DNA of 20,000 nucleotides from Gonapodya sp. JEL0774 (lineage: Eukaryota), in contig JADIIX010000110.1 of the NCBI GenBank assembly GCA_027604505.1, positions 52,562 to 72,561 of the forward strand, in the 5' to 3' direction. Shown here piece after piece: positions 10,627 through 20,000 of this stretch; positions within the stretch are counted from its first letter, which is position 1, and each line of letters opens with the position of its first letter. A model generated the notes under the pieces. The model was given only the letters and a program-made list of their open reading frames with translations, had not been told where the DNA came from and made no database searches. A program made the translations under genes and the position numbers.

Positions 10627-12337
10627 ATGGAGACCCGGAGCAGTCAAGCTAGTACCAGGTACTTGAGAAGTGGATTTTCCGTGGTCGAGGAGCTCAAATC
10701 GATGTGATTTCTATCTGTGGCCATGTGCAACTTCAGCCTCAAAATACCCAGCACTGTCACGATCAGAGAGGATATCGTGCGAGGCTTGATTCGCAAGCTT
10801 GTACTGGTTCAATTTACGAGATATCTCTTTCATCATCCCGAAGCAGGACACGAAGCACGACTACGCCCAGCATATGAGAAAAGGTTCTATGAGGTCGTTT
10901 CCCGGATCATCCAAGAACAACTTCCGAAATCTATGACTGACATTGAAAAGGATCAACTATTGAACGCTAAATATGAATACTTGAAACGCCTCGATGCCTA
11001 TCGTGAGGCCAAACCTGGTCCTGACCCCACAACCCGTACGAATTAGGCTTCGACATGCTCACAGAACACGCAATAGTGCTTTGAAGCATAGAGTCTGTAT
11101 GAACCCGTTTCCATTTGCCAACAACAAGGACGTGCTGCAGTACTACCCTCTCTCTGATCAAATCGATGCCCATTTCCAACACTGGGTTCGCCCCAATGAA
11201 TTGAACTCCGACCTTCCCCCACCAAAGAAGAAGCTCATTGCCTACACTATGGATCAGCTGAGAAATGAAAAATCATACCAAGGTGTCCATAGTGCTGACA
11301 TTGGAGTTGACGAGGATAAATTAGACAAGGATTGGGAGACAGAGTATCTTCCAATACGGACGCTGTTGCTCTTCTGGTGAGTACATCACCCAAACGCCAC
11401 TGTGATTCTAATTGAGCAGGTCACCCTTAAAGGTGGAAGGCTGCTGACTCGGTGAATCAACCACGAGCGTGGGACAGTGAGGAGACGACTACGTTCTTTA
11501 CAGGCAACTTTTTCGAGCTGCTCTGCAAGTACACACCGGGGAAAGTCGTAACTCGAAACCAAAAACCTCCCAATGGCATCAGGTCCGATCGTCCGGACAA
11601 GGCTGTCACAGTTGATGGTCAGACCGTGATGGAGTTTGAAGCCAAAAGTCCCATCAACCCAGATTTTCATCTTGACGCAATGAAGGGTGCATGCAGTGGT
11701 ACTCACAGTGCGCGAGAACTGCGCAGAAAACTAGGACCAAGACAGGCAGGAGGGAAAATACAGGGGATTATCTTAGTGCTTGCTCGAGGACCAATTATTT
11801 ACTGTTACATCACCCTGGAACCAATGGGCGAGAGCAATATCGCGGTCACAATCCCCATATACAAGCCAGTCACCATACCCATAAGTCGAAACGCAACGAC
11901 TGAGGAGATGATAGAGGTCGTGGGACTGATTTCCAGTGTCTGGAACCAAGTCGACAATATGTGCAACAAGCTTCAAGAAGTTTTCAGTATTTCCATAGAT
12001 TTTGCAGAAGAAGTACCCTTACCTGCGACTCCTGTCCCCAACGTGGGAGTGTCATTTGAAGAGCCAGTCGCATCAAACTTGGTAGACGCTTTCAAGTCCC
12101 TTTCCATGCGACCTCCCTCTGAGACCAGGTGTGTAAATGTGTTTGTTATCATTTCAAAACGGAAATGACGATCGTGTTGAGATAGATCTGACGTGGGATC
12201 GTCCACCAGTTCAAATTCAAAGAAGAAGGTACCATTGGTCGAGAAGTGGACGAAAATGTTCCGTCGGTGAGTGACTACCACGTTGACTTTCACATAAACT
12301 TCTTAGCTATCCTGTAATTTATAGGGGAAGGAAGTAA
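10627..12337 (+). CDS. Multi-exon protein with a PD-(D/E)xK (restriction-endonuclease fold) motif
   Basis: Predicted introns 10659-10736, ~11036-11093 (uncertain), 11377-11432, 12129-12185 and 12267-12324. All but the second give clean in-frame joins ending RRGRK* at 12337. Motif RPDKAVTVDGQTVMEFEAK at 11590-11646. Confidence 0.6.
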
Positions 12338-12582
12338 AAGTCCATTTGGTGTTTTTTAGCAGCGGCACTGCGGGAGAGAAGGTGACGTGAGAAGCTGGCG
12401 AATAGGGGAGAGAAAGAATTTCAACTGTTGTTTTTAGTTTTTGGATTGATCTTGCTAATAATGAGTGTTATGTATTCTTGTTCAAATTGAGATTGCCGCT
12501 ATTATTTGTACCGTCCACCTGAGGCACGAAGTTTCCCTGAAAGGAAACCCCCAGACCACAGATATGCAGGCCAAAGCTGGGT

Positions 12583-12819
12583 GTGGGTTTTTCAAGGCTG
12601 GATCCAGCGCTTTGTGAAACACTTGTCGATGGCGTCACTAGAGTGTTGGATGTTGTCAGCAAACTCATGACCATCCTGGTGTTTGGAGCTTGTGCTGAGG
12701 CACTCTGCGCGGTATACATGGTAGCCAAGGACTTCAAAGACAACAAGGAGCTCGTAGCTCGGTTGGCAAACCGCTGCATTCTCCTGGTGAAAGTGATTGC
12801 TGACAGGATGCAGAGTGAA
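12583..12819 (+). pseudogene. MLKL-N-terminal/HeLo-like helical-domain gene, 5' part, interrupted by hAT insertion
   Basis: VFGACAEALCAVYMVAKDFKDNKELVARLANRCILLVKVI resembles the fungal MLKL_NTD-like pattern (...K.NKe....La.R). The ORF stop codon is the first TAA of the hAT TIR. Confidence 0.55.
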
Positions 12820-12835
12820 TAAAGCATCTACAACA

Positions 12836-12997
12836 CAAGTCAAGTCAAGTTGAGCCGGTTTGAGAGGTCCTCGAGTCGAGCCAAGGTTGAGTTTCAGGAA
12901 CCTGAGTCACGTTCGATTTGATCTCAAACTGCATCGAGCCAAGTTAGATTTGAGCCATGATGACAAAATTTTAGTTGAGTCAAGTCGATTTTGAGTT
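12836..12997. repeat. hAT left subterminal short repeats (TCGAG/TCAAG/TTGAG)
   Basis: Dense cluster caagtcaagtcaagttgag...ctcgagtcgagccaaggttgag...ttgagtcaagtcgattttgag. Confidence 0.8.
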
Positions 12998-13038
12998 ACT
13001 ATACTGAAATTTCAGTTTTACATAAATCCAGCTTTGTA

Positions 13039-15586
13039 TCAACTCTGGAGACAAAGTAAAGCATTCACAGTCTCCCCCTTCAAGGCGCCACGTTTGACAA
13101 GCTTTGCTGCTGAAAAGAGTCTCTCAACAGATGCACTCCTTGCAGGAATGGAAAGGTGGTCTTTTGCCATCAACAAGAGGCTTGGGAGCTGGCTTGACCT
13201 CTCTGTAGAGTTTGGCTTTAAGACATACTGTCTCCAAAATGCATCAGCACTCATCTCAACAGTTGGCATTGATAGGCACACCTCAAGTTCATCCTTCTCT
13301 TACAAATGTTGACGCTTCAAGTGCTTGAAGGTGTGGGTCTGAAGATCCTCAGAGCCATCTGAGTCACTGCCACTGGAGCTTGCTGCCTGGTGAGAACTGA
13401 GATTCAAGGCCGATTGAGGCTTGTAGAATGTTCTCCATGTGATCTTGACTCGCTCTTCAAGTTTGTCCACAATGTGCTCTTCCCAACGATGCCCCTTCGC
13501 ATATGAGAGTTTGAGAGCAGGATTAAGAACTTAAGTTTGAAGTACGAGCATGATGAAAAGATAATACAGAGGGCATGAGAGAAGACATACCAGTAGCAAT
13601 TCCCCAAGCATCAGTATCATCAGTCTTGGAATACTACTCGTACAATGGTGGGAGCCTTCCACTTGCAAGACGATGCAGGAGGAGATTGGTTTCTGATGGT
13701 CCTTCCGTCAGGGCATTTGAATTAAGAACTCACTGCCTCCAATCAATTGATGAGATGATTGAAGATTGGCACAATGAGATATTCTGCAGGGTCATCACCA
13801 ATAGTAAGACAAGTGTCTTCATAGATCTGGTGGAGAAATGCCATTGTGAATGATGAAATTGGTTCAATCAAATGAGAGCTTGCCTTCAAAAACTTTTCAA
13901 CTGCTTCAAGATCTGCCCACTCACAGACACTAAGTTGATGTTTCACAATGTCTACGTTCTTACTAGCAACAGTGTTTGCAGCATCCTTCAGCGCAAGAAG
14001 GTTGGACGTGAGCTGTGAGAGGGACCACCATCATGTTAGAGAATCCAGGTTTGGGGAGAGTTATCGGATGGAGTGGATAGCACAGGCACACTTCAGCATT
14101 GCCCAGCGCGGAGGGCTTGCCCCAAGAGTGTAAGTGAACTTTCTGGCCTTGATGACAACGTTGGGCATTGCTTTAGAGAGTTCTGTTTCCCAGAGACTCT
14201 CCAAGAGCTGAGCATCAGGGGAGTCCCCAAGATACTGCAACATGCCCTTGACCACTGCAATAGCACCTGTTGCTGAAAGGTGGAAAGAATGCTGGCCGCA
14301 ATGGAGACAATTGTTGTGCTCATGGAAGCACGTGTTGACCTTTGCTGGGTCATCATTCTCGTTCAAAAGAACAGCCAGGTGGTGGAGGAGTGTGTCCTTA
14401 TTTGTCGCATTGTCACTTGTGGTATATCCAACCTGGAATACACAAAATGTTAGTAGCGACAAGAGATGATTGTCACCCATGAAAATCAACTTACGAATCT
14501 ATGGATCTCGTAGAACTCAATCTCCTCCATCAAATACCCTGCAAGGTTCTGGCCAGTATGCGCTCCTTGTATCTCCTTGCAGCAAAGGTCAACCTGAACC
14601 ACTTGCAGGTCCGCATTGCAAAACTGTGCAATGAGTCCCAAAAGGCCAAGTTGTTCTCTGATGTCCAAGTGTCAAAGGCCAGGTGAATGAGTGTGCCAGC
14701 GTTCTTTAGATTTTTCCCCATTCCCATAGTGGAAAAGGGGTAGGTTAGCTGTCGGAGCATCAGAAATCCGAAAGTTTACACATACCTTCAATGTTGGCTT
14801 TATTTTTTCGCGTCTTGCTGAGTCATACGTCTCCATAACTTGCTTCCGCAGCCAATCTGCACCGTTGATTGTCACGCCAGGTCTCATGAAGTGGAGGAGT
14901 CTCTGTAAGATTTGGGATTCCATCTTTGAGAATGGCAGATTTTCCACCGCAAAAAGCTCCACCAATATATCGCAAAGCTCCTCTTGTGAAAAAGCCTGCT
15001 TTGGAGTTTGGGGAAAGGTGGGGCGAGCACAAATGTGGGGAGCAACATGAGCTGGCAGTTCTGTGGACAATGCCATCAAGGAAGAAACACATACTGGCAC
15101 ACTGCCTCCCGCTGCTCTTCCGCCAAAGCAAAGTGCAGACTGCCCAGCTTGGGAAGCTTTTCCACTGTTCCAGCCAGGTTTCATTGTTGCAAGCCACTTT
15201 TCTGGAATCACATTGTCATGATGGAGGACCAATTGCTCATTGAGATTGGTTGTTGTCCCAGTCTTGGTGAGACACGTTATCCTGTAGTGGCAGTTGGTAA
15301 CCTTGTCTGTTTGGTTGTGAAGCTGCTTGCAGCCGAGCTGACAATCACTGGCAGATTGAGCACTTTGCTGAATCCTTGGTTTCTGCAATAAAGTATCTCC
15401 TACAGTTTGAATTCTTCCCGGCAGGAAGGGGTTGTCCTTTATTATAAGTGATTGCAGGGGTGGTGGGATTGGCTGGACAAGGATCAGAAGCTTTCTCAGC
15501 AGGATATCAGCTCTGCCTTCTGGTGAAGTCAGCATCCCAGAATCAACATCCATGATTTCTAACATTGTTTTTGTCCGAGCGGCCAA
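13039..15586 (-). pseudogene. hAT transposase, intron-containing, decayed
   Basis: BED-like region (C..C...TTTNL..HH), LPFSKMES..LQRLL, HLAFDTWTS (D1), HTGQNLA, TTSDNATN (D2), CxxH-like LHCGQHSFHL, WADLEAVEKFLK, and the C-terminal dimerisation motif FWR...MAKDHLSIPARSASVERLFS (E). Confidence 0.92.
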
Positions 15587-16829
15587 ATGTTACGTCAACT
15601 GAAAGAGCAATCGTGGAAGAGTGGAGCCAAACTCCACAGAGGCCAGAGCTGAACTCTGCTGAGCTCTGACATTTGAAACGACAAACATTGAATTCAATCC
15701 ATGAGATGAATTGGAGTAGTCAAAATTGTGAAGAAGATCCTTCCACCTCAGTTGTCTCTTGTTAGCTCACTTGTATTCACCATATTCAGCGGTAATAGCA
15801 GCTGCATATCTGAAGTCAGGTGATCTGGCAACCACACTTGTGTGACCTCAACAATGCACATTGGGCAATTAAATAGTAATGCAGATAACTCGATGTTTAT
15901 TGACGTTTAAGCTAGGAAGTCTACGGCACTACCCCCAGTCCGCAGTCCCCATCCCACCAGGTGCTGCACAGATGTAGGAAGGTGTGGTGAGGGCGCGGAA
16001 TTGATGCGGCAAACTGGTGTAGTGTTGGTGTTGGAGAGAGCCACGTCCAAGGAGCTAGTGGTTCAGGGGGAGGGGGGGGGAGACAGAATCAGCACAACAG
16101 GGACGTCAAAGACTCCAGACCACGCCCATAGCACCAGTGGTGCTGAGACAGGATGTGGCGAGCAAACCAGGAGGTAGGAGAGTGATGTGAGTGTGGGGAT
16201 GGGCACAAACAGAACTGCACATGTTCAGTTTGTTCAAGGACACGTCAGTAACCATGCAGCTCCACGTCCTACTGCCAGGGAAGGGTCCATGCATGGAGGT
16301 GTGGCCTTTGCGTTCGGTTTCTGGGTAACAGGTGTCCCAACGGGTACAGGGTACACATTACACATTCAATTTGAACCTACCTTGAATGCCCAGAGGCTTG
16401 TCTAATCACTCATTATCCTGGATGACAACTCGACAATGGCTCCTGATCCTGACGACTTTATTCCTTTGGAATCATGGAGATAAAGGGCAAAAGAGTGGAA
16501 ACAAGGAGGAAGGGGCGACAATGGAGGAGCGACAGTAGCAGACTCAAATTCTACAAGTAAAAATTAGGGGAAAACTTGGGTGGGAAAGGGAAAGACAGGA
16601 ACTTACAGGGATGAGGGGATGAAGGGGGGTGGCAAACCCATCAGTCTGAAACGCCCTGAGACACAATGCATCCGTCCTCTCATTCCCAAAATAGGGGTGG
16701 GAGAGGAGTTTTGTGTCGCAACAATGCTGCCGGTGGATTGGATTGGTGGAGATGCTATTTTGAAGGTTGCCGGGAAGACTGTGGTCACCTGCAGAACAAA
16801 CATCATCCAAAATTGTCTACTAAAGGATT

Positions 16830-17157
16830 GTACTTGAAAGTCTAGCTCAAGATTGGGCTTGGCTTGTCAAACTTTGAGCGAACCCGAACTTCTCGAACGT
16901 TTGTCAAAGCAGATTCCCCCTTCCCACTTGTGCCAGAACATTCTAGAAGTTCATAGATTGTTCATTAGCTTACATTTTGATATGGCAAAACTGTTTCATG
17001 GTCTAATGTGTGGAGAGAGTGAATGGCTTGGTCGAGTCTTGCTCAGACTTGCCCCAAAGTCAAACGCGACCCAATTTGAGTAGAGTCAAGACAAGTCACG
17101 AGCTAAAAAGAGATGTCGAGTCAAGTCATTTGACTCAACTCGACTTGAGCTTGACAA
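16830..17157. repeat. hAT right subterminal short repeats
   Basis: gtcgagtcaagtcatttgactcaactcgacttgagcttgac and similar; same motif family as the left end, in both orientations. Confidence 0.75.
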
Positions 17158-18090
17158 GTAGATTCTTTAAGAGTGAAAATGGTCTCAGGGAGTGGTTGTG
17201 GTTTGCGGCAGAACCATTGAGTCCTGTCCTGAAATTCAATGTGTATGTTTTATTGAAGTATGGGTTGAGCTTGGATGTCAAATAGCTCAACTACAAACAG
17301 TGATCAAAGGATGCCGATAGGCGCATTGGAACCGCCTTGAAGAGTAGATAAATTTTGGTTGTTGAGCAACCTCTCTACTGTTCCTGGTTGTGGAGTTATG
17401 TAGTGAGCAGTTGGACTTGGAGTGTGGGGTGAGAGGTGTAATAATGGTGACCACAGTAGTGCACAGAGACTGAGCAATAGATAATATACATACAGAAGTC
17501 AAAACTGCCCCCCTACCCCACAAAAGCTCATTATGTTTAAGCTCGTGTACTATGTGTTCACTAAGCCGCTGGCACAACTATGATCACTAGAAAAATATAA
17601 CAACTATGCCGTATGCTCTATATACTTATATATATCACATCTATCCGAGGAACGGGGCCACGACCAGGGGTGACACGTGGGGGTGAACAGGGACAACTAT
17701 TGTCGTGCTTGTGGGGTCATGTGACTCTAGCTACACTCCCACCTTCTGCTGTCATCTCACAACACTCCCCTGGCACTGTTGCACTAAACCACAACTGGGG
17801 GGGTACCATCACCTTCCTGCACACACACACCACTTACAGGAAAAGAGGAGTGTTGCTAGCACCTCGGAGAGGCTGTAGAGAAATTTGCAGCCCTCCCCAG
17901 GTCCTGGTTTTCATTTGCAAACTGTTTGAAGCTTTTGCTGCAAACTCAAATTCCCAAACATCCAATTTTCTCCACCACCACCTACTCCATTCCCTCCCTG
18001 ACAGGCATCCTGCATCCGTCGTCAAATTCTCCACACAATCCTTGTGGCCCGAGCACAATTGCAACTGTGGTGCAAGATCCTGGCATCAAA

Positions 18091-19177
18091 ATGCCAGAGA
18101 CACTGGAACAATAATCGGAACCAACTCCTGGCCCATCAACCCCCCATCGGGACCCAGCCACATCCACAACTTCCTCGGCAATGTCAAGCGTGTCTTCGAC
18201 CCTGAAGGTCGCAGGTTCCGACACCGCCTAAGCCGCTGTCACTGCTGTGGACTTGGTTGAGTTCCCATCTGACAGGCTCACTCCTCCCTCATCACCCGCC
18301 AAAAAAGTGCAGACCACCCAAGCTGCCCTTGCAAACTGAGATAAAAGAGGCCCTCTCTGAATTGAGCCAACAGTGCCAGTTGCCCAGCCACCATGAAACA
18401 TGAGTAAGAAGGCTGATGCAGCATACAAGCATAAGTTCCAGAAGACTGCTTTGGCTCTGTCCTCTTCTCAGAAAATCGATATTACCTTCAACACCGACGC
18501 TGAAGAAGACCACCCAGGGCTCTCAGCCTGGAAGGCATTCAAAACGGCGCTCTTCCAAGGAATTGGCAACTATAAGGTATTGTTGCAATGTGCAAGTTGT
18601 GGACTGGAGACCACGTTTAAGTGGTTGAGGTACAACTGGGTTACGGGGAAGGGGGCTGACTGGAACTTCCCTAAGGTGACACTGGAGTGCCTGGGCATGA
18701 AGGGTTGCACATGCCAGGCTACAAGCCAGCTGGCCCAAGCACTGGACAGGGGCTGCAGACAAGGTAACAGCCAAGGAATGGCATGAGGGAGCAAAGTGGT
18801 TTGCAGACACGTTCCGGAATGGAACTGCTACAAAGGTAAGGGCACCATCGGAGTGAAGATGGTGAAGAAGCGCAAGGCAGCAAGGACCAGGCCAGTCAAA
18901 TGTGCCCTGTGGGGCAGAAGGGCATCATCGCCTCTGCAGTCTGCAAGGAGGCCCCCCCCCAGGTGTTAAGACAGGGGAGAAGAGAAAGTCTGCCCCCTCT
19001 GACATGGTGGAGGAAGCCAATGGGGCAGTGGACACCCCCGTGCTGGATGTGAACGTGTCAGTGTGGGGAGATGACGAGGAAATGGAGACAGCTGCAGAGG
19101 ACAACAAGCAAGAGGAGGATACCAGGGGACTGTTAGTCCACCCCTCCTTCCAGAGTGGCAACTGCCCTCAAACATAG
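18091..19177 (+). pseudogene. Unidentified decayed ORF with a CxxC motif and a degenerate CCHC knuckle (possibly TE-derived)
   Basis: One frame from ATG 18091 runs through several stops into ORF 18400-18786 (QCASCG). It is followed by basic KKRKAARTRPVKC and frameshifted CGAEGHHRLC (~18901-18937), then an acidic tail. Confidence 0.4.
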
Positions 19178-19576
19178 TGCCAAGCCATCAGAGGCCCCCC
19201 CAGGGGGGAGCTCATTGATGATCTCCAGTCCACCTGAACAGGCGGCCCCTGGGGGATCCAGTCCACACTCAGGAATATTGAGTCCATGCTGGAGTGCTCT
19301 GTAGCATTTTTTTTCCACCCTGGGGGAGGATGGATATCTACCATGGTGACCAGATTGGGGGTTGGATTTTTCCTATGACTTAGAGTGAATGTTGAGAATC
19401 ATAGGTCTTGCTCATTATGGTGGAGATCATTTTTCCCATGGCGTTCTGTCTGCACAATTGTAATTTCAGTTGTCCTTGATAGCACATTCATTCACTAAGT
19501 CATGCAGTTTTATACTTATAGTACCCTCTTATGATGTCCACAATCCTAGCATAACAAAGATAGTGAATTACGACCA

Positions 19577-20000
19577 TCAGTTGGCATCCAAATTTTCAAC
19601 GTCACACTCATATAAGATGAATTTCCTAACATCAGGTGGGGCCATATACCAAGGCAAGGTCCTCCTCACCTTCTTTGCCCTCTTGGCCCTTCTTGTACCT
19701 CTGCCAGTCTCAGCATCTTCCTTCCTTTTGAGTGTCTGACGTTGTGGTGTTGACTCTTCTTGGTTGCTGTCTCCATCACCTTGCTCAACTTCCACTGCTG
19801 CAGCCTCCTCAATCTCCACTTCCACAACTGTTTCTTTACCCTTAGAGCTCCCTCTACCTCGACCTGACCTTCTCACCACTATTGCTGTATCAGAGCCAGC
19901 ATCATGTGCTCCAACCATCTCAGTGCTCTGAGTCTTCCCAGTTTCCAACACTTGAACATCATCATCATCATCCTCAACAACAATCTTTTCAGCAGAGAGA
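19577..20000 (-). CDS. 3' end of an unidentified low-complexity acidic/basic ORF that begins outside the window
   Basis: The frame is open to the window edge (LSAEKIVEDDDDDVQVLETGK...RRAKRAKKVRR...PWY). CpG-poor, so probably TE-derived. Confidence 0.4.
   Translation of the reverse strand, partial: LSAEKIVVEDDDDDVQVLETGKTQSTEMVGAHDAGSDTAIVVRRSGRGRGSSKGKETVVEVEIEEAAAVEVEQGDGDSNQEESTPQRQTLKRKEDAETGRGTRRAKRAKKVRRTLPWYMAPPDVRKFILYECDVENLDAN

Larger units (their letters stand above)
12820..17169 (-). mobile_element. hAT DNA transposon, 4350 bp
   Basis: TIRs taaagcatctac (12820-12831) and gtagattcttta (17158-17169; reverse complement taaagaatctac, 11/12 match). Exact 8-bp TSD agagtgaa at 12812-12819 and 17170-17177. 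hAT transposase inside. Confidence 0.95.

Noticed and set aside
12836..12997. Short repeated motifs that might suggest a CRISPR-like or satellite array
   Set aside because: Units are 5-6 bp, irregularly spaced and mirrored at the other hAT end; these are subterminal transposase-binding repeats
16544..16810. NPIHR...LLSHPYF resembling kinase subdomain XI on the - strand
   Set aside because: Spacing is off and no other kinase motifs are nearby
17613..18260. 215-aa ORF
   Set aside because: No motifs; starts in an AT-repeat-like tract and overlaps a more protein-like decayed frame

Overview
Eukaryotic DNA, most likely fungal (GT-AG introns mostly about 56-66 nt; lineage is inference). The window is a transposon-rich block around a small CpG-rich island of apparently intact host genes. 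From left to right: (1) a decayed tyrosine-recombinase retrotransposon (gag with CCCH/CCHC zinc finger, RT with YLDD, RNase H, YR) with Ngaro/PAT-type split direct repeats A1-ORFs-B1-A2-B2 (~40-4866); (2) a broken F-box gene; (3) a decayed PIF/Harbinger-type pair, consisting of a transposase (6023-7213, +) and a convergent Myb/SANT-like partner (-) that appears spliceable in frame to an upstream HMG-box exon; (4) a 3-exon F-box gene (9053-10546) and a multi-exon gene with a PD-(D/E)xK nuclease motif (10627-12337); (5) an MLKL/HeLo-like N-terminal helical-domain gene interrupted by a 4350-bp hAT transposon (12820-17169) with 12-bp TIRs, an exact 8-bp TSD and a possible ~0.9 kb nested insert; (6) two unidentified decayed or partial ORFs. 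TE lesions are repeatedly CpG->TpG/CpA changes. Family assignments come from motif recognition by eye; no searches were run.
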